NCBI GenBank assembly: GCA_905182885.1
Contig: CAJJCW010000002.1
Coordinates: forward strand, 212,869 to 276,868
DNA from: SAR86 cluster bacterium SAR86B
GTDB taxonomy: Bacteria > Pseudomonadota > Gammaproteobacteria > Magnimaribacterales > D2472
Direction: 5' to 3'
Length of the DNA: 64,000 nt
This document shows, one piece after another, positions 18,536-26,920 of the stretch. The stretch's first letter is position 1; each line of letters opens with the position of its first letter. Below the pieces are notes generated by a model that saw nothing but the letters and a program-made list of their open reading frames with translations, ran no database searches and was not told the origin of the DNA. The position numbers and the translations under genes were made by a program.

Positions 18536-20611
18536 GTGAATAAAAAAAATTACTATATAACGTTTCTATTATTAATAAGTGTTTTAGCTTCGTCTTGTGG
18601 AAATAACAAATATGTTTCAAAAGAATATATATCAACTAATTTAAGTAATGAAAAAATTGAATTAAGTGAAGAGTTATTTAGCAAGCTCAAGAAAGATCAT
18701 TATATTAAAAAATTTGTTGGTGAAGATTTTAATGAGAATTACATAAGAGCTTTAATAGAAAAGTTAGATGAAAATAAATTTTTCTTTACACAGCCAGAAA
18801 TTGATTCATTTATAGAAAAATCTTCAAGCTACTCAGAGTCAGATTTTGATATTGATGAGGCTTATGTAATTATCAATTTATACTTTAAAAAGTTAGTTAA
18901 CTTTACTGAATATCAGATTAGAGCTATAGAAGAAAATTCTTTTGACTTTGATAAAGAAGAGTTCATGGATATTTATTATGAAGATAATGAGTGGGCCAAG
19001 ACGTCAGAAGATCTTAATGAACTTTGGAGATTGCAGACAAAAAATGAGTTGTTGGTAGCGATGATTGCTGATGAATTGTCAGATCAACCAAAAAAAGATC
19101 TGATTAAAAGATATACAAATAAAATTAGAAGAATTCAGCAACAAAGAGAAGAAGATATTTTCTCTCTAGCTATGAATATCCTAACAAATCAGTTTGATCC
19201 TCATTCTTCTTACTTATCACCTCGATCTGCCGAGGATTTTGATATGAATATGAGTTTAAAACTTGAGGGCATTGGAGCCCTTCTCGGTGTAAAGGATGAC
19301 TATACTGAAATTGTTAGCCTAGTCGCTGGTGGCCCCGCAGAGAGATCTGGAAAAATTCTACCAAAGGACAAGATAGCCAAAATAAGACAAAAAAACTCAT
19401 CTAAACCTGATTATGTTGATGTTATAGGCTGGCGAATAGATGAAGTTGTGGATCTTATTAGGGGAGAGGCTGGAACAGAGGTTGAGATAGAGTTTATTTC
19501 ATCAGAATCTGGAGAGAATATTAGAAAATTAGTTACCCTGAAAAGAGAAGAAATAAAATTAGAAGATAGAGCAGCTAAATCTAAAATTCATCAAGTAATT
19601 AATGGGCCAAAAATTGGAATTATTGATTTACCTTCATTCTATATAGATTTTAATGCCTACCAAAATAGATCTAAAGATTATAAAAGCAGTAGTGGTGATA
19701 TAAAAAATATTCTTAATAACTTTAATGACGAGGATGTAGACGCGGTAATTTTAGACTTAAGAAATAATGGTGGTGGTGCGTTAATAGAAGCTAATAAAAT
19801 TATTGGCCTTTTCGTAGCTTCTGGACCAACGGTTCAAGTCAAGCATAGCAAGGGATATATCCAACCTTATGGAGATGGTAAGGCTATTCAGGTATGGAAA
19901 AAGCCTTTGGTAGTCTTGGTTAATAGATATTCGGCATCAGCATCTGAAATAGTTGCGGGAGCTATTCAGGATTATCAAAGAGGGTTAATCGTAGGTCAAA
20001 GAACTTTTGGAAAAGGAACTGTTCAAAGCTTGGAGCAACTTTCAAAAGGCCAAATAAAAATTACAGAATCTAAATATTACAGAGTAAACGGAACAAGTAC
20101 TCAAAATAAAGGAGTAGTACCTGATATTGAACTTCCTGCTACCTGGGATATAGAAACTGTTGGAGAGAGCTCATACCCTACCTCACTTAAGTGGGACACA
20201 GTAAGGCCATATAGACATAAAAAATTTAGCGTAGATAGTAAAAAATTAGAAAATATCAAAAATTTATATCTTGAAAGGTCGGCTGAAGAGCCAAATTTAG
20301 CTTATTTAGAAAAAGTTAGGCAAAGATATGACTTAAATAAGAATAAAAAAGTATTGAGTTTAAATTTTGATATAAGAGAAACTGAAAAGAGCATAAGAAA
20401 AGAGTGGTTGTTAGAATTAGAAAATGAGAGAAGGTCATTGCTAGATCTTGAGACATTTGAGACATACGCAGATCTGTTAGAAGAAAATAAGAACGATAGC
20501 CCTACAGATGAAGATAGTATTAACGTAGAGGAAGATTTCCTCTTAATTGAAGTTACCAATATTGTGACGGATTTTTTAAATTTAAAATTTATCTTAAGTA
20601 AAGTAGACTAG
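18536..20611 (+). CDS. prc: carboxy-terminal processing (tail-specific) peptidase, S41 family, predicted lipoprotein
   Basis: GTG start, lipobox LASSC, PDZ region, SASASEIVAGAIQDY and FGKGTVQS catalytic region. Confidence 0.85.
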   Translation: MNKKNYYITFLLLISVLASSCGNNKYVSKEYISTNLSNEKIELSEELFSKLKKDHYIKKFVGEDFNENYIRALIEKLDENKFFFTQPEIDSFIEKSSSYSESDFDIDEAYVIINLYFKKLVNFTEYQIRAIEENSFDFDKEEFMDIYYEDNEWAKTSEDLNELWRLQTKNELLVAMIADELSDQPKKDLIKRYTNKIRRIQQQREEDIFSLAMNILTNQFDPHSSYLSPRSAEDFDMNMSLKLEGIGALLGVKDDYTEIVSLVAGGPAERSGKILPKDKIAKIRQKNSSKPDYVDVIGWRIDEVVDLIRGEAGTEVEIEFISSESGENIRKLVTLKREEIKLEDRAAKSKIHQVINGPKIGIIDLPSFYIDFNAYQNRSKDYKSSSGDIKNILNNFNDEDVDAVILDLRNNGGGALIEANKIIGLFVASGPTVQVKHSKGYIQPYGDGKAIQVWKKPLVVLVNRYSASASEIVAGAIQDYQRGLIVGQRTFGKGTVQSLEQLSKGQIKITESKYYRVNGTSTQNKGVVPDIELPATWDIETVGESSYPTSLKWDTVRPYRHKKFSVDSKKLENIKNLYLERSAEEPNLAYLEKVRQRYDLNKNKKVLSLNFDIRETEKSIRKEWLLELENERRSLLDLETFETYADLLEENKNDSPTDEDSINVEEDFLLIEVTNIVTDFLNLKFILSKVD

Positions 20612-20615
20612 CTTA

Positions 20616-21428
20616 ATGAGAATAGTTTCATTTAATATAAATAGTATCAGGGCAAGACCTCATCAACTTATCCACATTAGAGATACACTTAATCCTGATG
20701 TGATTGGACTTCAAGAAACCAAAGTGAATGATCCTGACTTTCCATTAGAAGTAATTGAAGAAATTGGCTATCACCCAGAGTACTGGGGGCAGAAAGGTCA
20801 CTATGGTGTCGCATTTCTAAGCAAAGAAAAACCAATTAAAACTGTTAAAGGTTTTAAAAAAGATACTGATGAAGATCAAAAAAGATTTATAGAATGTACT
20901 TTTAAAGCTAAAGACTCTGAAATTACAATTATGAATGGCTATTTTCCTCAAGGTGAGAGCATTCATCATGAGACTAAATTTCCAAAAAAAATTAAATACT
21001 ATGATGACTTAAGCAAGCACATAAAGGCTTTAAAAAAGAAGCAAGAAAACTTAATAATTATGGGTGATTTTAATGTTGCTCCTGAAGATATAGATATAGG
21101 CATAGGGCCTATAAATATGAAAAGATGGCTTAGAGATGGAAAAACTTCATTCCAGCCTCAAGAAAGAGAAATGTGGAATAGTATTAGAGAAATAGGTTTT
21201 TTTGATTCATGGAGATTAAAGCACCCTGAAGAATCCTCAATCTACTCTTGGTTTGATTACAGATCTAAAATGTTTGATGATGATCCAAAGAGAGGATTAA
21301 GAATAGACCATATTATGGTATCTGATAATCTTAAGGACTCTGTCACGGGCGTTGGAATTGATTATGATTCTAGGGCTATGGAAAAACCTTCTGATCACTG
21401 CCCTGTCTGGGTTGATTTAGATATATAA
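20616..21428 (+). CDS. xthA: exodeoxyribonuclease III
   Basis: MRIVSFNINSIRAR, GLQETK, RIDHI and SDHCPV motifs of the EEP AP endonucleases. Confidence 0.9.
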   Translation: MRIVSFNINSIRARPHQLIHIRDTLNPDVIGLQETKVNDPDFPLEVIEEIGYHPEYWGQKGHYGVAFLSKEKPIKTVKGFKKDTDEDQKRFIECTFKAKDSEITIMNGYFPQGESIHHETKFPKKIKYYDDLSKHIKALKKKQENLIIMGDFNVAPEDIDIGIGPINMKRWLRDGKTSFQPQEREMWNSIREIGFFDSWRLKHPEESSIYSWFDYRSKMFDDDPKRGLRIDHIMVSDNLKDSVTGVGIDYDSRAMEKPSDHCPVWVDLDI

Positions 21429-21438
21429 GAGCCGTTAG

Positions 21439-21879
21439 ATGGCTGACTTTACAATACGGTCACCGCTTTCAGATTTGGAATGGGAGAATTATGACAACTT
21501 CAGATGGGAAGTTCTCAGAAAGCCTCTCGAGCTATCTCACATACCATTAAAAGATAATTTAGAAGATATTAGTTTTCATTTTATGGGTATTGATGGTGAT
21601 GCCAATATAGTCTCCTGTGGGAGGGTTCATCTAAATAACTCTTCTGAAGCTCAGATTAGATATATGGGGGTGGACTCTAAATTTAGAAGAATGCGATTGG
21701 GCTCTGCAATGATCAATAAACTTGAAGCTGAAGCTTTGTTATTAGGAGCAAAAAAAGTCACCCTTAATGCTAGGGAAGAGGCTATAAAATTTTATGAATC
21801 TTTAGGTTATGTCGTAACCGGGCCTTACGAATCTGATATAGAAATTCCACATAGCTCTATGGAAAAAATACTATTTTAA
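21439..21879 (+). CDS. GNAT family N-acetyltransferase
   Basis: 146 aa, with the acetyl-CoA binding motif RRMRLGSAMI. Confidence 0.7.
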   Translation: MADFTIRSPLSDLEWENYDNFRWEVLRKPLELSHIPLKDNLEDISFHFMGIDGDANIVSCGRVHLNNSSEAQIRYMGVDSKFRRMRLGSAMINKLEAEALLLGAKKVTLNAREEAIKFYESLGYVVTGPYESDIEIPHSSMEKILF

Positions 21880-21937
21880 AAAGACTAAGCTTTACCTTCT
21901 TGCTTTAAAAAAAGTTTTTAAAAGACTAGCGCTCTCA

Positions 21938-22348
21938 TCAGCCAATAACCCGTGTTCGAAATGCAATCTTATGGTTAAATTTTAATCTATCGAAAAGATT
22001 ATCTATAGAAATAATGCTTCCAGTTTTTGGTTCTAATGCTGCAAATACCACTCTATCAATCCTAGCATCTACTATTGCCTTAGCACACATATGACATGGC
22101 TCTAATGTTATAAAAATAGTTGATTTATTAAGTCTATAGTTATTTAAAGTGCTGGAGGCATCTCTAATTGCATTTATTTCAGCATGTGATGAGACGTCAT
22201 TTTGTTCAATAACTTTATTATGGCCACTTCCAATAACTGTTTTATTTAAAACAATAACCGCCCCAATAGGTACCTCATTTGAAGAATAAGATTTTCTGGC
22301 TTGGTCTAATGCAAGTCTCATAAAAGATCTATCTTCTTCTATGGTCAT
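21938..22348 (-). CDS. tadA: tRNA adenosine(34) deaminase TadA; the 3-prime end is frame-disrupted and the true C-terminus continues to 21892 in another frame
   Basis: HAEINAI and PCHMCAKAI zinc motifs. After ...NHKIAF the canonical tail EHGLLADESASLLKTFFKARR-stop is found in the adjacent frame (21892..21957). Confidence 0.85.
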   Translation of the reverse strand: MTIEEDRSFMRLALDQARKSYSSNEVPIGAVIVLNKTVIGSGHNKVIEQNDVSSHAEINAIRDASSTLNNYRLNKSTIFITLEPCHMCAKAIVDARIDRVVFAALEPKTGSIISIDNLFDRLKFNHKIAFRTRVIG

Positions 22349-22354
22349 TTAATT

Positions 22355-22879
22355 TTAATAAAGCTCTACACTTGCAATATCTAACTGGGCTTCAAAATCT
22401 TTACCGTAGGCAACGATTGCTAATGAATTTATCCTTGTAGAACCTAATGCTATATTAGAATTTCTGGAGTAGATGAATGAACTTAATGGGAGGTCTATAA
22501 CTTGCCAATCTTCTGATGCAAAAAACTTAGCTGAATAATAATTCCACGGCATCATTCTAGGACGTCTTAGATTCACATAATATTCATTATCATTTCCTCT
22601 TATTTTTATTCTGACTCCACTAAATTCCTTAGACTTGAAATTTACATTCGTTCTGATCTGAATAAAGCCACCATTATTTTTAGTACTTACCAACCCCTCA
22701 AGCCTATAGAATTTAATAGACCCATCATTCATTTCATATGCATTTACTTCGGAAACTCCACCCATAACGTTATCAGAGATAGCCGACCAATTAGCTCTGT
22801 TGCTATTTAAATCATCAATAATCATGGCCGCTCCATTAGTAGAAAAAATAAGAAGTACTATGCATATTTTTTTTATCAT
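22355..22879 (-). CDS. secreted CIA30 (complex I intermediate-associated protein 30-like) domain protein
   Basis: I prefer the ATG at 22879 (MIKKICIVLLIFS..., a signal peptide). W.AISDNVMGGVS and GGFIQIR motifs match the CIA30 domain. Confidence 0.6.
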   Translation of the reverse strand: MIKKICIVLLIFSTNGAAMIIDDLNSNRANWSAISDNVMGGVSEVNAYEMNDGSIKFYRLEGLVSTKNNGGFIQIRTNVNFKSKEFSGVRIKIRGNDNEYYVNLRRPRMMPWNYYSAKFFASEDWQVIDLPLSSFIYSRNSNIALGSTRINSLAIVAYGKDFEAQLDIASVELY

Positions 22880-22883
22880 TTGC

Positions 22884-24032
22884 TTATGTCCTCTTGATTC
22901 GCTCAGCAGGAATCCATGGAAATTCACAGACCTCTGCTTCTAAATTTCCATGAGGAGATTTAATTGTAATAATTGTTCCAGGCTCTGAATATTCAACATT
23001 TACGCTAGCAAAACCAATATTTTTCTTTAATCTTGATGAGAAAATACATCTAGATACATCACCAACAACCTCTTCACCAATAATGACTGGCCAGAAATGC
23101 TCAGGAGGAGACTTGATTGGCTTTCCCTTAACATGAATACCAACTAGTTTGATTGAGGATCCTTTATTTTTAATTATTTTTAATGCCTCTTTACCAATAA
23201 AGTTTATGTCTTGATCCAGATCAACCAGCCTACCAAGGTTAACAGCATAGGGGCTATGCCTTCTTCTGATATCAGATTGGTATGAAAGCAATCCCCCTTC
23301 TATGCTTCTAGTTGTATTTGGTGCAATTGGGACAATATTAAATTCCAGTCCTGCCTCTCTTACCAATTCCCATAATTTATTACCTAAACTTCCATCTCTT
23401 AGATATAGCTCATAGCTTATTTCTCCACTCCATCCAGTTCTTCCAATTACCATTGGTATACCTTCTAATGAAGTTTCTCTAGCTTTATAAAAACGAAGAT
23501 CATCATGCTCGCCATTAAAAAGTTTATTAATTAGCATTGGTGCTTTAGGCCCTCCGATTTGAAGTGGTGAGACATCAGGTTCAAAAATATTTATATCCAT
23601 TCCAAGGTTGCTTGCTACTCCCTGAATCCAAAGCAAAACATCACCATCACCTGGTGATATCCAAAATTGATTAGGCTGCAATCTAAGTAAAACAGCATCG
23701 TTAACTATGCCGCCGTCATCTCCTGTAAGAAGAATATATTTGCAATCACCTATTTCACACTTAGATAGATTTCTTGGGGTTAGCAGTCGAACAAATTCAT
23801 AGGCATCAGGGCCGTTAATCTCTATCTGTCTTTCTGCTGCCACATCCCACATAGTCACATCAGTAACTAAACTTCGATACTCAGCTTCATTTCCTGCATA
23901 AGCAGTTGGCATGTACATACTGTTATATATAGTAAAAGCGTTAGCGCCATATTTAATGGTTGAGTCAAAATATGGTGATTTTCTAATACGAGCACCAAAG
24001 GATATAAAAGGCTTGTGATTACTTCGAGACAT
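22884..24032 (-). CDS. GcvT-family aminomethyltransferase, DmdA-like (candidate DMSP demethylase)
   Basis: 382 aa. RIRKSPYF..., MWDVAAERQIEINGPDA...LLTPRNLSK...GDCKY and GGIVNDAVLLRL resemble the DmdA/GcvT fold pattern. Confidence 0.7.
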   Translation of the reverse strand: MSRSNHKPFISFGARIRKSPYFDSTIKYGANAFTIYNSMYMPTAYAGNEAEYRSLVTDVTMWDVAAERQIEINGPDAYEFVRLLTPRNLSKCEIGDCKYILLTGDDGGIVNDAVLLRLQPNQFWISPGDGDVLLWIQGVASNLGMDINIFEPDVSPLQIGGPKAPMLINKLFNGEHDDLRFYKARETSLEGIPMVIGRTGWSGEISYELYLRDGSLGNKLWELVREAGLEFNIVPIAPNTTRSIEGGLLSYQSDIRRRHSPYAVNLGRLVDLDQDINFIGKEALKIIKNKGSSIKLVGIHVKGKPIKSPPEHFWPVIIGEEVVGDVSRCIFSSRLKKNIGFASVNVEYSEPGTIITIKSPHGNLEAEVCEFPWIPAERIKRT

Positions 24033-24145
24033 GAATGTAACTCTTGAAATTATTAATGCATGTATTGTAATTCTTAAATATTAACTGAGTAAATACATAT
24101 TTTTTATATATAATTAATCGAAATCTAAGTTTAAGAAGAAACAAA

Positions 24146-24556
24146 ATGAAAATATTAGTAATGGGGCTTCCTGGAAGCGGAAAAACTCACTTATCAGAGC
24201 GTCTTCAACCTCTTTTAAATGCAGCCTGGTATAACGCAGATAAGGTAAGGGAGATGGCGAATGATTGGGATTTTAGTCCTGAGGGAAGAATAAGACAGAG
24301 TATGAGAATGAGAACATTTGCAGACTTTGAAAAATCTAATAATAGAATTGTAATATGCGATTTTGTATGTCCAACAAATAATACTCAAGGCAATTTTGAT
24401 CCAGATATAGTTATATGGATGGACACAATACAAGAAGGACGTTTTGATGATACTAATAAGATGTTTGAGAAACCATTAAGTGTAGATTTTCACATCACTG
24501 AACTTAATGATAATAATCATATAAATATCTCAAAGGAATTATTAAAAAATGTTTGA
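24146..24556 (+). CDS. small P-loop kinase, APS-kinase-like
   Basis: Walker A GLPGSGKT. DKVREMANDWDFSPEGRIRQSMRMRTFADF...IVICDFVCP parallels the APS-kinase core (LDGDNVR...DLGFS..DR.EN.RR). Confidence 0.6.
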   Translation: MKILVMGLPGSGKTHLSERLQPLLNAAWYNADKVREMANDWDFSPEGRIRQSMRMRTFADFEKSNNRIVICDFVCPTNNTQGNFDPDIVIWMDTIQEGRFDDTNKMFEKPLSVDFHITELNDNNHINISKELLKNV

Positions 24557-24941
24557 TTGGAAAAAGCCAACAGTTCAAATGCTTGGTAGATGGCAGCCTT
24601 GGCATGATGGTCATCAGGCATTATTTAAAAGATGTATTGCTAAAACTGGTCAAGTTATTATTCAGGTTCGGGACGTTGAGGGTGCTTCAGGAGGTGATGG
24701 TCAGAATGATAATCCTTTTAACTGGGATGATGTTTGTAAAAATATAGAAGTAGGCCTATCAAAAGATGGGTATAAAAAAGGAATGGAATATGAAATTATG
24801 CTTGTTCCTAACATAGTGAATATTACATACGGACGAGGCGTAGGGTATGTTTTTGAAGAAGAGGTATTTGAAAAATCCATTACCTCTATAAGCGCTACTA
24901 AAATAAGAAAAGAGCTTCGTGATAAAGGAGAGTTAGATTAA
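24549..24941 (+). CDS. minimal cytidylyl/adenylyltransferase-fold protein (HxGH class, NadM/TagD-like)
   Basis: [10 protein letters not shown] (compare archaeal NMNAT GRFQPFHxGH) and the C-terminal ISATKIR (ISxTxxR) motif. Its ATG overlaps the kinase stop by 8 nt. Confidence 0.65.
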   Translation: MFDWKKPTVQMLGRWQPWHDGHQALFKRCIAKTGQVIIQVRDVEGASGGDGQNDNPFNWDDVCKNIEVGLSKDGYKKGMEYEIMLVPNIVNITYGRGVGYVFEEEVFEKSITSISATKIRKELRDKGELD

Positions 24942-25290
24942 AGTAATTCTTTAACTCTTTCTGGGGGCCTTCCGATAACTGCCCTATTTCCTTTGACCAC
25001 AATTGGTCTTTCAATTAATTTAGGAAATTTAATCATTAAATTTATAATATCTTGATGCTGAATGTTCAATATTCTCTCAAGTCATTATCTTTATAATCTA
25101 ATTCGCCCTTTCTAAGAAGCTCTCTAGGACTAAGATCTAATTTTTTTAAGATATCTTCAATTAAATGAGTGTTTAGCTCCATATCTAGGTATAAAAAAAT
25201 CTCATAATCACAATTATTTTCTTGAAGAATTTGAAGTGCTTGTCTAGATTTACTGCATCTAGGATTATGAAATATTTTGAAACTACTCAT
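24938..25290 (-). pseudogene. ArsC/Spx-family (YffB-like) reductase gene split by one frameshift
   Basis: The N-terminal 74 aa (FHNPRCSKSRQAL...LLRKGE) end at a TGA at 25066. The missing C-terminus, [47 protein letters not shown]-stop, is open in another frame from 25081 to 24938. Confidence 0.8.
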
Positions 25291-25717
25291 TTGCCTTGAA
25301 TTGATCTAGCATTTTTTGCATCTGCATATGGATAATATTTACTGCCTGGAGCGGCCTTATCATAACTTTAAACTCAGAAATTCTACCCTCATCATTAAAG
25401 GTAATAATATCAACGCCATTAATATATTTACCATCTATCTGAGTTTCAAACTCTAAAATAGCCTGATTACCATCAAGAACTTCTTTAGTATAACGAAAGC
25501 TTGAAGTTTCTAGGTCGCCTTTTTTAGCAGCGCCATCTCCGCCAAACGTATTGCCTGCTGCCATTAGATAGAGTTTTGTTAGATCTTTTCCTTTCTGGGG
25601 AGTAAAAACAACGGGTGAGAAAAAAACAACGTCATCAGCCAATAATTCATCGAAACCCCCATCTAGATTTCCTTCAATTAACTGATGCCATTTCTTTATA
25701 TTTTTGCCAATCATCAA
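25283..25717 (-). CDS. SnoaL-like / NTF2 superfamily protein
   Basis: 144-aa small alpha+beta cone-type sequence with no catalytic motif that I can verify. Confidence 0.45.
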   Translation of the reverse strand: MMIGKNIKKWHQLIEGNLDGGFDELLADDVVFFSPVVFTPQKGKDLTKLYLMAAGNTFGGDGAAKKGDLETSSFRYTKEVLDGNQAILEFETQIDGKYINGVDIITFNDEGRISEFKVMIRPLQAVNIIHMQMQKMLDQFKANE

Positions 25718-26889
25718 CCTTCTATCTTGAAAGTCAGTCCTGCATTAGCTTCCAATCTTTTTATTAACCTTTCTCCCATTGATGATGCTGGTGTATAGAT
25801 TCCTCCAGCCAAATCAGGTGATTCTTTTACTAAGCATATTGCACTTTCAGTTATCATTTTAGATGTAGAGCCATAGCCTGGGTCCATATCACCAGCGACT
25901 GATGCATTAACCGTTTCCCCATCATGATCAGCGCAAAATAACACATCATAGCCACCATTCTCTCTAGACTCTCTTGAAGGGCCTTCTCCTGGTTTTGGGG
26001 CATCATCTCCTCCCATAGGGTTAGCTGAAGCCATTGCTTTTGCTACCTCTTTTCCGTCATCACCTGGGCCTGCTACCCACATTTCGTTGTAGCTAAAATC
26101 TTCACCATAGGCATGGTTCATGAGTGCATTGGAACGATGAACATTTTTAGTATTTATTGGGGCCATAAAAAATGGTGCTACCCATGTCTCAAGCTGTTCG
26201 TCATAGATAGGTTTTGAGTCATCAGCTTGCTGAGGACCAGTAAAGCCATCTGATAAAGAAAATGGATTTATTAAAGCTTCAAATAGATGTGGTTTTACTT
26301 TTAGAGAAGCCATTGTTGCCTTCATTGAAGCTGCAGTACCTCCAGAAAACTCCCCCCTCATAACTCTAACTCTTCCTCTAACACTAGATGATGGTTTTCC
26401 GAATCTTTTGATTGCTTCATTTTGAACAAACAGCACCCCTAGATCAAATGGAATGCTATCAAACCCACATGAGAATACTATTCTAGAACCTGATTTTTTA
26501 GCCTCTTCTCTATGCTCGTTAATTTTTTCATGCATCCAGCCCGGTTCGCCACAAAGGTCAACATAATCTACTCCAGAAGCAACACATGCGGACAAGATAT
26601 CATTACCATAAAGCTGATAAGGCCCAACAGTAGTTAATACGCATTTTGTTTGGGAGGTAAGGTCTTTAATGCTTGATAAGTCATCACTATCAACTCTGAT
26701 AAGAGGTACATCATCTGACACACCTATATCATCTTTAACAGATTGAAGCTTTTCTAGATTTCTGCCAGCCATTGCCCAAGAAATATCTTTATCATCTTTA
26801 TATTTAGCAACTAAATATTCAACAACCAACTTTCCTGTAAAACCAGAGGCACCGTAAACCACTAAATCAAATTTCTTATCATTACTCAT
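25714..26889 (-). CDS. saccharopine dehydrogenase-like NAD(P)-binding oxidoreductase
   Basis: N-terminal Rossmann motif VVYGASGFTGKLV and 391-aa length; resembles the trans-acting enoyl reductase / saccharopine DH family. Confidence 0.7.
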   Translation of the reverse strand: MSNDKKFDLVVYGASGFTGKLVVEYLVAKYKDDKDISWAMAGRNLEKLQSVKDDIGVSDDVPLIRVDSDDLSSIKDLTSQTKCVLTTVGPYQLYGNDILSACVASGVDYVDLCGEPGWMHEKINEHREEAKKSGSRIVFSCGFDSIPFDLGVLFVQNEAIKRFGKPSSSVRGRVRVMRGEFSGGTAASMKATMASLKVKPHLFEALINPFSLSDGFTGPQQADDSKPIYDEQLETWVAPFFMAPINTKNVHRSNALMNHAYGEDFSYNEMWVAGPGDDGKEVAKAMASANPMGGDDAPKPGEGPSRESRENGGYDVLFCADHDGETVNASVAGDMDPGYGSTSKMITESAICLVKESPDLAGGIYTPASSMGERLIKRLEANAGLTFKIEG

Positions 26890-26920
26890 ATTTGTATCCT
26901 ATTATTTATTTTATAAAAAA

